A DNA stretch of 17,301 nucleotides from Tubiluchus corallicola (GCA_030141605.1 JAQGDQ010002036.1:1-17301), one strand, 5' to 3'; positions 1-9,850 are shown, numbered from the stretch's first letter. Notes: a model not told the origin generated them from the letters alone. A program made the numbers and translations.

Positions 1-450
1 TCATCTGATGAGTGGAGGATAGGGTTAGATCATTTGATGTGTGGAGAATGGGGTTTGATCATCTGATGAGTGGAGGATAGGGTTAGATCATTTGTTGTGT
101 GGAGAATGGGGCTTGATCATCTGATGAGTGGAGGATAGGGTTTGATCATTTGTTGTGTAGAGGATGGGGCTTGATCATCTGATGAGTGGAGGGTAGGGTT
201 AGATCATTTGATGTGTGGAGAATGGGGCTTGATCATCTGATGAGTGGAGGATAGGGTTAGATCATTTGATATGTGGAGAATGGGTCTTGATCATCTGATG
301 AGTGGAGGATAGGGTTTGATTATTTGATGTGTAGAGGATGGGGCTTGGTCATTTAGTGTGTGAGGAATGATCACTTGATGTGTGGAGGATGGGGTTTCAC
401 CATTTGGTGTGTGGAGGATAGAGTTCGATCATTTGATGTGTGAGAGGTGG
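1..450. repeat. 58-bp minisatellite built from two related 29-bp subunits (intronic; truncated by window start)
   Basis: TCATCTGATGAGTGGAGG starts at 1, 59, 117, 175, 233 and 291. It alternates with a TCATTTG(A/T)TGTGTGGAGAATGGGG subunit, and the array decays from about 349 to 450. Confidence 0.95.
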
Positions 451-524
451 TTTGGCCCCTAGAGTGTTTAGTCATTTGTTGATTTGGTCATCAAGTTTTG
501 TCATTTGGCCAGATGAATGGCGAA

Positions 525-575
525 GTTTAGTGAATTCGTTTAGTGAATTTCGTTTAGTGAAGTTAGTTTAGTGAA
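525..575. repeat. Short tandem repeat, 4 x GTTTAGTGAA with 13-14 bp period
   Basis: GTTTAGTGAA at 525, 538, 552 and 566. Confidence 0.85.
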
Positions 576-1321
576 TGGTGGATAAGCAGTCAGGTTTTGT
601 CAAATAGGCGATTCTATTTATTTGTATTTTTATGCTATGTATTTTTTGTTATCATGATCTAATATACCGTCATTAGCTGTACAATCTCAGTCTTTAACTG
701 ACGCCAATGCAAAAAGCTCTTATTGGACCAACATGGCAATTCCTTTACGTTTGAGTAGCGTGAGCGCGCGCAATTTTCCACAGAAAATTAACAGTTTTCT
801 CAAAACAGACGAGTTCGTGAACAAGTTGTGCCACCTAGCGGCGCAAATGAAACGTAACCTGCTCGGTTGAATATGAATGGCTCGGCGAAAATAGCTGTAA
901 AAGTCTTGTGAATTAGAAAATTTTGCCTCGCAAAGAAATTTCATGTTGCCGAATGTTTGAAAAATCAAACATTCTGGCATTTGCTTGTCGGCTTTATCAG
1001 TGTTTTTATGTGTTATATCTTTTTCGTTTTTGCTTGAAAAGGTTGTGCAGCTCTAGTATCAGCTCATCTCATCAACAAACTTTTTGGATGATGTCAAAAA
1101 CTAGTTTAAATACAGCTTCAGTAAACTAGCAGTTTCAGTAGGTTATACTAAACTAAATGTTAGTACACGTATAAAAAAAGACAGTTCGAATGTGTCTATA
1201 TGTCATTATTATATATCACTGGCAGTGAGTTTGCCTAGCTGATTGGACAATGCACCAAAGAATCCAGGCTTATTTAAGAAATTATGACACAGTCATTTTT
1301 CTTAGATAGATAGAAAGAATA

Positions 1322-1451
<130 letters not shown>

Positions 1452-1681
1452 CAAATCAATACTTGTTACGGTTTAGCAGACTACACTGTCTGCATGCTGT
1501 CTGCAAGTCATTAATCCATAAATCGCAAGTATTAAAAGAGGGTGGGCTACATTTTTTGCATAAAAATGTTTACCTGAAGAACTATCATTGTTACGCAATG
1601 GGTGAGTCAACTTTTAGAATGTCGAAGCATTTGCACATTCTGCAAATGTCCATGTGATCATGTTTTGACCATTACTGCTAG

Positions 1682-2221
1682 ATTCCTATGAAACACTAAG
1701 GACATAGTTTCTATTCCTATGAGAACACGAAAGCCAATTTCTATTCCTATAAATACACTAAGGATGTGTTCCTATTCCTATGAAAACACTAAAGACGTTG
1801 TTCCTCTTCCTATGAAAACGCTAAAGACATAGTTTCTATTCCTATGAATACACTAAAGATGTAGTTCCTATTCCTATGAAAACACTAAAGACGTTGTTCC
1901 TATTCCTATGAAAACGCTAAAGACATAGTTTCTATTCCTATGAAAACGCTAAAGACATAGTTTCTATTCCTATGAAAACACTAAAGATGTAGTTCCTATT
2001 CCTATAAAAACACTAAAGACGTTGTTCCTATTCCTATGAAAACGCTAAAGACATAGTTTCTATTCCTATGAAAACACTAAAGACGTTGTTCCTATCCCTA
2101 TGAAAACGCTAAAGACATAGTTTCTTTTCCTATGAAAACACTAAAGACGCTGTTCCTATTCCTATGAAAACGCTAAAGACATAGTTTCTATTCCTTTCTA
2201 AACAGTAAGGACATAGTTTCT
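1682..2221. repeat. 32-bp minisatellite, about 17 copies, abutting the splice acceptor
   Basis: Unit ATTCCTATGAAAAC(A/G)CTAAAGA(CGTTGTTCCT/CATAGTTTCT/TGTAGTTCCT). Edge copies are degenerate and the last unit merges into the polypyrimidine tract. Confidence 0.96.
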
Positions 2222-2232
2222 CTTTTTTTCAG
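2217..2232 (+). promoter_or_regulatory. 3' splice acceptor of the nAChR last intron
   Basis: TTTCTCTTTTTTTCAG immediately precedes the in-frame nAChR coding sequence. Confidence 0.9.
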
Positions 2233-2403
2233 ATACGCCAGGATTGGAAATTCGTAGCCATGGTCATTGACAGACTTTTTCTATGGATCTTCACCCTGAC
2301 ATGTATTGTTGGAACTTGTATCATGCTGAACGATCCACCTAGCTTACATGACAACCAGAGTCCAATTACACTGACAGGCAGTAATCGCATAGCTATTAAT
2401 TAA
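2233..2403 (+). CDS. Terminal coding exon of a nicotinic acetylcholine receptor subunit (end of MA helix, M4 and extracellular C-tail); partial gene
   Basis: Manual translation gives [59 protein letters not shown](F/Y)VAMV(I/L)DRLFLWIF is the hallmark nAChR pre-M4/M4 motif, and [11 protein letters not shown] resembles the AP(S/T)LYD...PI tail of protostome subunits. Canonical acceptor upstream, TAA at 2401-2403. The subunit type cannot be assigned from this exon alone. Confidence 0.95.
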   Translation: MRQDWKFVAMVIDRLFLWIFTLTCIVGTCIMLNDPPSLHDNQSPITLTGSNRIAIN

Positions 2404-3085
2404 GAGAAGATTTTCCTTCTTAACCTGTATGGGCGCTGACGTACTTTCCACTGAATGAAACTGAACTATTTCCAGCTACAAATTCGAATCATCAGAAGAA
2501 ACCAGTTGAGAGTTTGTTTGAGATTTGTATGTGCCGCACTCACATTGTTGTCGAAATAGTGAAAACCACTTTTACGTATAATTCATTCTGTTGTTTCCTG
2601 ACTGGAAATCTTACTGTGAGTGAGTTTGGTGCTGCTGCTTGTGTAATTTGGTTTAGGTGAATGGCGAAAGTGGATAGCGTGTCAGCGTCTCACAATTTCG
2701 CTACAAATGAAACGTTTAATCTAGTTGTTGTTGATTGGCAAAATTTCATAAAGTCAGCACCCAAAGCCTTATGTATATAACATCGTGGAAAAATATATGT
2801 AATTTTATAGACAGTTGTTAACTTAAAAACTCAAGCTTCAACATTTCTGTCACAGAAATCGATTTGAAAATAGATAGATATTGTATTGAGTTTAAAACGT
2901 GATTGTAAATTTTATAAGAAAATTATTTATGATAGTGGTGATAGGCTGTAAAACGTATAAAGTTTTGCAGCATTTGTTGTTAATTTAGACTAATTAGCTA
3001 CACTCGTCAAGGATGTATCTACAGCCATTACGTCTAGCTATTTTGTAATAACATAACCACTACAAAACACTCAATGCTAAAAACC

Positions 3086-3091
3086 AATAAA
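3086..3091 (+). terminator. Candidate polyadenylation signal for the nAChR 3' UTR
   Basis: First AATAAA I noticed after the stop codon, with T-rich sequence downstream; another lies at 3504-3509. The hexamer is common in AT-rich DNA. Confidence 0.25.
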
Positions 3092-3413
3092 ATTTTTCCT
3101 TAAAATACAAACGTTCACACTTAAAAACCATTTTTCAAAGAAAATGTTATATTTTTTCTGTTTTTATCTTTTTAGCAGCAAATGTTTTGGCTCGTTGTAT
3201 CTCTGTACTTTTATTCTTCCATGTTTTCAATTTATAAAACAGTGAAGAAGAATTTTTAAATCCAAAAGCTTGCTTTTAAAGATTTTAGGGGATTTCACTA
3301 GAGACCATATCAGTGTCGATTTTATTATAACATCGTTATGAATACACTTGAATTTGAGTTTTCCTTATCTTTTTGAATTAATCAAAGCTTTTTTCTTGTA
3401 TGCAACGTTTCTA

Positions 3414-3460
3414 CATCATCGTCATCATCATCGTTATCATCATCATCATCATCACCATCA
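3414..3460. repeat. Imperfect (CAT)n microsatellite
   Basis: CATCATCGTCATCATCATCGTTATCATCATCATCATCATCACCATCA. Confidence 0.9.
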
Positions 3461-5751
3461 TATGCTCATTACGTCTACTGTAGATAACATGAAGGCAGTA
3501 TAAAATAAAAAATCCGACTCAAGACAGGCAAATATAGCAGTAATCCAGCAAAAAAACAAGACGTTGTTTTGCCAGCGCCTTGCCAGCACCACTTACGAAT
3601 GTTAACGTTTCTATAACAGTGTTGAAGTCAGAAAACGGGTAAAATACAATTGTAGACATTTTCGTCTAGCAACATTATTGAACTAGTGAGCAAGATGCGA
3701 GTAACATTATTAAACGTAAATGCAATATTTGCAATAACTACTAAATACGACACTTTTTGTATTTTTATATCATTCCATTAACTTTGATTTTTGGCAAAAT
3801 TAGTACACAAATATTAATGCTTCAACCCTAACACTGTTATTAAAGATAGTCATATCGATAACGTCTAAACGCTAAACATCGTTTGTATTGCTTTTATTAA
3901 TTATAAAAACTCATGGCTTCATACTGGTAAAAATGAAACGTGTTAAACGTGGTAGCTAAACACCTGTCATCTATTGCCTTTTATCTTAACAATCTTATAC
4001 CCTTCCTAATCGTATCTAGACTTGCAATTGTTGCATGTTTGTAAGTCTAATTCATTACCATTGTCCCACCTTTGCTTGCGGTAGAGACCGAATCTTTGGC
4101 AGATCACTGCTTCTCAATCCAATACACGTTATAAAATTCCCAATTATGAACCCAAAATATACATATATGTGTCAGTGTGTGTGTGTGAAAGTATTATTAG
4201 AAAACACCTCTGTGTGTACGAGTCCACAATATAATAACAGCAACACTAGAGAAAAACACACTTACGTTTTGATGAGGATACCATGTATCGAAAGCTAAAC
4301 ATCTAAATTAAACTAATGTTGAAATTTTAATTAATGTCTAAATGGTGCTGAAAAAATTAAAACTACGGTGCAGTAGGATGCATAAAAACACAAACAAAAA
4401 TACATTATATATATATAAAACAAATGATTAGCCTCAGTAGATTATATTAACTCTAGTTTTTTGGCACATTATTATTACATCATGATTACTACTACAATGC
4501 CTCGACTGCAGCTTAATGGGTTAAGATAACTAATACATCTTCCATTGTATGAAACACAAGTACTATGTCCTGTAGTTTTTAGGCGAAACACAGTCTTCTT
4601 TATGAAGTTCATATGCTTCATTCCATTCATTAGCAGCGTGGTTACCCGCTGCCATAAGCTTGCGTTAGACTCAGATCAATTGTATTGATGTGGTGTTGGC
4701 TTCGCTGTTGCATGAGTCAGGAAACATGCGGGAGTTCCGCTAGCTTATTGTGCGCAAGGGTCATCGTATAGGGGGCGTTCACGAGTATGAAAACTGCAAA
4801 TTCACAAGCAACCTTGGCAGGCTTGAAAACAGTTATGTTATCGAGTCTCGCACGGCCACATCAGGGAGAATTTTAAAAATATTTTTGATCGTGTCGTTAA
4901 TGAGTGTTAAGAGTGTTCGTTTTGGGTCAGCCAGTACGTGCGCAGAAGAAAGGCACTAAACATTTGCAGAGGACAAATCATTTGTCTTTTGTTCGCAAGT
5001 TGTTTCTTTGACGCCATTAACGCAATGGTGTACTTTCATTTGTCTCTCATTGTATCTTAGTCAAGATAAAGAACAGAAGTAAATTTTCTGACACAAACGA
5101 TTGTGAACAAAACTTAAGATAGTGCACTAGCCCATGTGCAGCAGTTGATATAAAAAAGTATTGCAAAAAAAGGCCGTAGTAAATATTTTAGTGCGAACCA
5201 CTGATGAGTCATTTCGCAAGCTGCAGTTGAAAACGTACAACACCAATGACTTCTTAGTACGAGTGATATAACCTCTCAATCACCATCAACCGGAAATTCT
5301 TCGCGTGTATGTCTGGCTTCATCTCCCCAATTACCAGGCCGTCTATCACGGTCCTCGTCTGTTTCCGGATATATTTAGGTAAACGACGTTTGATACATCG
5401 GTATCACGTTTCTCGGATATGACACACGTCGACGAAAAGCAAATATTTACGTGATGTTTCAGTTTAAGTTGCTGATAGACAGTTATGACCCGTATAATGT
5501 TGATAATCGCGGAAGCCAGCAGTTGTACACTCCAGCCCGAACACAGAGTCCTGTTCTGGAAGCTTAGAAACAAGACGGATATTGCTAATGTAGAGTCTGT
5601 AAACATTAGTGATCGTTTCTGTTTGTCCTCACGAGTAATCTACCGCGAGCAACAATTGTTGACGGAAATGACAGCAGTAAAGTGGACAGCAGAGTGGACA
5701 GTGCAATAAATCCGTCATGTTGGTGAAGACAGTCTCACAGGTGTGATAATC

Positions 5752-5827
5752 ATGGTTTATGAAGTTAGCACCATTTACCTGCGAGTCTATGCTTGCTGCT
5801 CTGTGATTTCTTTCTGTTTCTTTACAG
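5752..5827 (+). CDS. Possible first coding exon (signal-peptide-like) of a second gene, followed by a phase-1 intron
   Basis: First ATG after an in-frame TAA (5707-5709). Encodes MVYEVSTIYLRVYACCSVISFCFFT(G) and ends at a perfect donor CAG|GTAAGT (5825-5833). No convincing second exon was found in the window. Confidence 0.4.
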
Positions 5828-5856
5828 GTAAGTTGCTCACATTAATTTAACATAAA

Positions 5857-5915
5857 ATTAAAACGCAATGGTTTATAAAATCCTGGCAGTCACAGTCATA
5901 ATCTATCTAATTAAT
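5857..5915 (+). repeat. Diverged direct repeat, copy 1 (copy 2 at about 6179-6236)
   Basis: GCAATGGTTTATAAAATCCTGGCAGTCACAGTCATAATCTATCTAATTAAT versus GCAATGGTTTATAAATACTGACAATTACAGCAATAACCTAACTAATTAAT. Confidence 0.8.
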
Positions 5916-6040
5916 GATATCGTTAGTTGCCAGCTAATTTGAGGAAAGTATTGATACCGCAAGTACCCCCCCCCTACTGTCATTGGTACAGGTGGCGCTG
6001 TTAGATTGTGTGATACAAGGAGTAAATCTTAGGCCTGCTG

Positions 6041-6155
6041 TGTAATGTTGAACTCGTAGGCAGAGCATGTCAGTACTAATCCCAGGTCTCAGGTTCAAAT
6101 CCCAACTAGTCCACAATTTTTCAGCGTTTCCGTTTCTTTCTCCATCTCCATTACA
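6041..6155 (+). mobile_element. Decayed tRNA-derived element with LTR-like termini (tRNA-bearing TRIM/solo LTR, or SINE head)
   Basis: D-arm/A-box-like ACTCGTAGGCAGAGC, B box GGTTCAAATCC (6092-6102), CCA at 6111-6113, then a T5 run. Termini TGTAATG/CATTACA form a perfect 7-bp inverted pair. PBS-like TGGCGCTG at 5993-6000. The stems are too mismatched for a functional tRNA. Confidence 0.55.
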
Positions 6156-6178
6156 CGCAATGGGTAATAATTGTTAAA

Positions 6179-6236
6179 AATAAACTGCAATGGTTTATAA
6201 ATACTGACAATTACAGCAATAACCTAACTAATTAAT
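6179..6236 (+). repeat. Diverged direct repeat, copy 2
   Basis: Aligns colinearly with 5857-5915. Confidence 0.8.
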
Positions 6237-7864
6237 CAATCTAACATTCTTGCAAAGAAAGTGCAACTTCAAGATCCATGTAAATGTCTGTAACTTGGCC
6301 TGCTAGTTACCAAGAAAAACATTAATTCTCAGTGTAACTAGACTTTGTATGACTGTTACATACACGTCTCCTTTCACTTTATCATCCCTTTGAATAAATA
6401 AGTACAAAGGCCGTTACACTTTTTCCGAAATTGATTTCCGAATTACCACGAACCAACTTTATACAGCCAAGAAATAGATTGATTTGGAGCTTTATAGCCA
6501 TTTTTGCCTTTCGGATTATGACGGTAGATGAAACATTCCTTCCATATGTAAGGTGACTGTGCATGTCGAGACCACATACTGCTGAAGTTACAGACCAAAA
6601 ATTAAAGATAGAAAAAATTCATGATAGCCGTCACTCTTATTCTATTTCACGTGACAAAAGTTAGCTAACTGACATGGTTTATCATCGATTTTTTAAGCAA
6701 AATGTTTAAGCAAACATTCGTCGAATGCCATTTCCAATATAGAAATTATAAATAAATAACAGTTTCTTTCAGAGCGCATCTTTTTCGAGCTTCGGCCCGG
6801 ATGGATACTTTGTAAAAAGAAGGCTGATGTTACGCAATACTTCCGTAAAGGAGGATAGCCACAGTAGCTGTGGTTGACTTAATATATCACCAGGGACATG
6901 AGAAGAAAACGAAATTTTTAAAACGAAAAGTGTGGAATGAAAACCACTTTCGGAAGGTACTGTGGATCGCAAGATTCAATCCTGCTTCAAGAAGTCGCTG
7001 GTTGAGAAAAATAACTAGGAGATTAGTGGTTTCATTGACCCTCGTTGGCAGTAAAAAAATTCATAAATTGTCAGTGAAACCAAAGAAGCCAATATAGCGC
7101 AACGTTTGAATTGTAAAAATCCCTGCAATGTTTAGTTGAAGCAGCTATGATTTAAATGGTATATTTATTTATATTTATATGTTTATATTTATTACTAATT
7201 GAATCTTAAGAAGTAAAAAAAGGAATAAAGAAAAATGTGACAGTAGCACCTACATAAGAGAATTGTTCACTAACATCGCCGAGGAACGTGGAGAAGAATT
7301 TCCATAGACGAGTGTCATTGATCACCTTAATTTGTCTTACCTGAAACCTGATACACGTTTAATTTAATTTATTTTTTTGAATTAGACGCGTTTAATAAGC
7401 GCGCGTACATTATTTACATAGCAATAATAATAACAACAAGAATTCACATTGTAATATCACGATTTGACACGTGTGCAATTAAAATACGTAACAGCAAAGT
7501 CAAGACACCCTGGCTTTGGAATTTGTAATCTTATTAAGAATCGATAGTAGCAAATACACACAGCCGTGCAATGAAAATATTACATGCCTGCCACGATCCT
7601 TTACAAAAAAAATGCTTTTGGCATTCGGACGCTCGACGTTTTTCTGTTTCACCAAATGGCGTTGTTTTTGTTATATCTGTACTCGATTTGATACAGTAAA
7701 TATCTCAATATTTTTATTAAAAAAAACAAATATTTTGCACATTTTCTTATGCAGACATATAATACTTGTATCACCAACCGTAATACGAGCATTTTCAAAT
7801 AATTTATTAAAACAACACAACTTTTATTAAAAAACTTTAAATTTGAAACTGTCTAAAAACATGT

Positions 7865-7903
7865 CCAGGCCTTTCGACAACAGTCTTCTGTCATCATCAG
7901 TGG
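7865..7903 (-). ncRNA. Minimal type I hammerhead-like motif, degenerate copy
   Basis: Minus strand reads CCA-CTGATGA-T-GACAGAAGACTGTTGTC-GAAA-GGCC-TGG. Stem I is CCA/TGG, but the conserved U of the cleavage triplet is lost (GCC), so it is probably inactive. Confidence 0.55.
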
Positions 7904-7914
7904 TACAATATACA

Positions 7915-7917
<3 letters not shown>

Positions 7918-7963
<46 letters not shown>

Positions 7964-8026
7964 CATACATATACAAACAATATATATATATATATATATA
8001 TATACAATTATACATATATACATATA
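7918..8026. repeat. (TA)n/(TACA)n microsatellite
   Basis: Directly visible; explains the YIYI ORF at 7843. Confidence 0.97.
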
Positions 8027-8067
8027 ATCTTCCTATATATAAACTGGTTGTTTGTTTGTATATTGTA

Positions 8068-8106
8068 TCACTGATGATGACAGCAGACTGCTGTCGAAAC
8101 GTCTGG
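8068..8106 (+). ncRNA. Minimal type I hammerhead ribozyme motif (Penelope-associated type)
   Basis: TCA-CTGATGA-T-GACAGCA(GAC)TGCTGTC-GAAA-CGTC-TGG: intact core, perfect 7-bp stem II, palindromic ACGT in place of stem III, GUC cleavage triplet ending at 8103, 3-bp stem I. Confidence 0.75.
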
Positions 8107-8950
8107 ACATGTTTTTAGGCAGTTTCATATTGAAGTTTTTTAATAAAAGTTGTGTTGTTATAATAAATGCTTTGACGTGCCTGTATAAATTGACTTGTAC
8201 TTTCAAGTCGTACGTTAATTACACATTTACACATTAACAAAATGAAAGTCAGCAAGTAAGAAACAAAATGAAAAGCACGCTAACCATTAATAATTACTGG
8301 TATTTTATTCAGAGTGCTTTTCGCTCTTCATAAAACAGCAATTAGTTTAATGGTTCGCAAATTATTTTTGCAATTAGGTAATTCAAAAGACCTCTACCAT
8401 TTGGGTGTACTTTTACGCATGCGTCTGACTCACACATCAAAAACCCACCGTGTAAATAGGTCCTTATGTCTACGTTCTTGATCGCAGGAAGTAACAGCTA
8501 ATGTTCCTGCGTCCCTTCCAAAAAAACTGCCAACTTGAAATAATTTGAGAATTATTTTGAAATAATTAAAGCTATATGTAATACAACATGGATTATAATC
8601 CCTCGTTTTATGCAGATTTTATGTAATTGAGATAAATGAGAATTATCTTAGAGTGCTTTGTGTACGAATTTTTTGCGTGTGAATGTTTGGAATCCGTACA
8701 ATTGAGCTATGTTCTTAGAATATCTAGGCTAATTGCCTAAAAATAGCTCTCAATGTACATTAAGGAACGTAAGTCCACTATGACATTCAGTCAAGCCGTC
8801 TAACCCATGTTTGTATAATCAATTTTTAATGATTTATACATACTGCGCGGTAAAGATGAGAGTTTGACGTTTGGAAATCCCTCCATGCGAGTCTGTAATG
8901 TTTCCGTTTTCTAACATCATCTACAAAACTGACTGTTACGCAGAAATGAG

Positions 8951-9039
8951 ACAAATGCTGTCACGTTCAGGTAGTTCAGTCACGAAACAAATGCAGTCAC
9001 GTTCAGGTAGTTCAGTCACGAAACAAATGCAGTCATGTT
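8951..9039. repeat. 36-bp tandem duplication, about 2.5 copies
   Basis: ACAAATGC(T/A)GTCACGTTCAGGTAGTTCAGTCACGAA at 8951 and 8987, partial copy at 9023. Confidence 0.93.
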
Positions 9040-9850
9040 TCGTATAGCACTGAAAGTCTGAAACTTAGGTGGCACTCTGAATTAATTCTGTATTTTATCG
9101 CCATGGGCTAACAGAAGCCGCGTACTTGACTATCGATGAACGAAACTCCCTGTTAGAATCTTAGGTGGGTCTAGTAAATTCATATTTACAAAAGTCAAAT
9201 CGCCTACATTTGCTAAAGTAAGCGGTCGCTTAAACTGGTTCACTACGTGAACTTTGCAACAAAAAAACGTTTTCTGTCCAATATTAATTAATCGTTTACT
9301 GTCACATAATAGCCTCAAAGAAGGCTTAAATTTCGTCTCACAATTTTGGTTGCATGAAGCCCCGGTTGAGAATGAAATTGTAATACCAAAAAAGTACAAA
9401 ACATGCACAGTGAACGTCGCGCTCATTTTAAGGTTGATATCCCAACTAAAGATTGTATTGTATAAGTTAGCTCATGGCGAAAAAACTGCACAATAAAAAA
9501 TATTGTGTGGCTTTATTTATTTTATTTATTTATACCATTTTTGTTCGTACTCTTATGCGGTACAACAAATACACAAAAAATAAGAGATGATAAGAATTAT
9601 GATATAAATTAGTTTAAGCTGTACATAGTATAAGAAAAAAATTATTAATTTGCTAAAGCAGAGCAAGAAATAAGAAAGAAAACATGGCAACAATTTATGT
9701 TATAATTACATTCTCAACAAATGGTATAATTTCAGATAGTTCAGACTTTCTAAAGAAACAAAAATACTTGGCTTCTACTAGTCCGTAAAATTTCCTTTAT
9801 AAAGGTAATAACTAATAACTGCCAGGTGACTGTCGCTAAGTTGTATCCCA

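Larger units (their letters stand above)
7802..8168. mobile_element. Inverted pair of Penelope-like element (pLTR) fragments around a (TA)n tract
   Basis: Arms 7802-7917 and 8054-8168 are reverse complements with about 10 differences in about 116 nt. Each contains CTGATGA-stem-GAAA followed by AATAAA. The spacer is TA microsatellite. Confidence 0.8.

Noticed and set aside
1-350. CTGATGAG in every 58-bp unit, suggesting a satellite hammerhead array
   Set aside because: There is no complementary stem II and no GAAA box in the unit; the motif is just half of the TCATCTGATGA palindrome.
1682-2221. 32-bp repeats resembling a CRISPR array
   Set aside because: Units are contiguous with no unique spacers, the context is a eukaryotic intron, and there are no cas genes.
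5198-5256. CCA-CTGATGA-GTCATT...AATGAC, a possible third hammerhead
   Set aside because: The putative stem II is followed by TTCT rather than GAAA, so the core is incomplete.
5731-5743. AGTCTCACAGGTG identical to 13449-13461
   Set aside because: An isolated 13-mer with no extension; a few such matches are expected by chance in 17 kb.
6041-6113. Functional tRNA gene
   Set aside because: The acceptor, anticodon and T stems do not pair adequately; kept only as a tRNA-derived repeat.
7336-7350. Minus-strand donor-like CAG|GTAAGA
   Set aside because: No plausible exon or polypyrimidine acceptor upstream on that strand.
8448-8466. CCGTGTAAATAGGTCCTTA resembling a MITE terminus
   Set aside because: No matching opposite terminus was found in the window.
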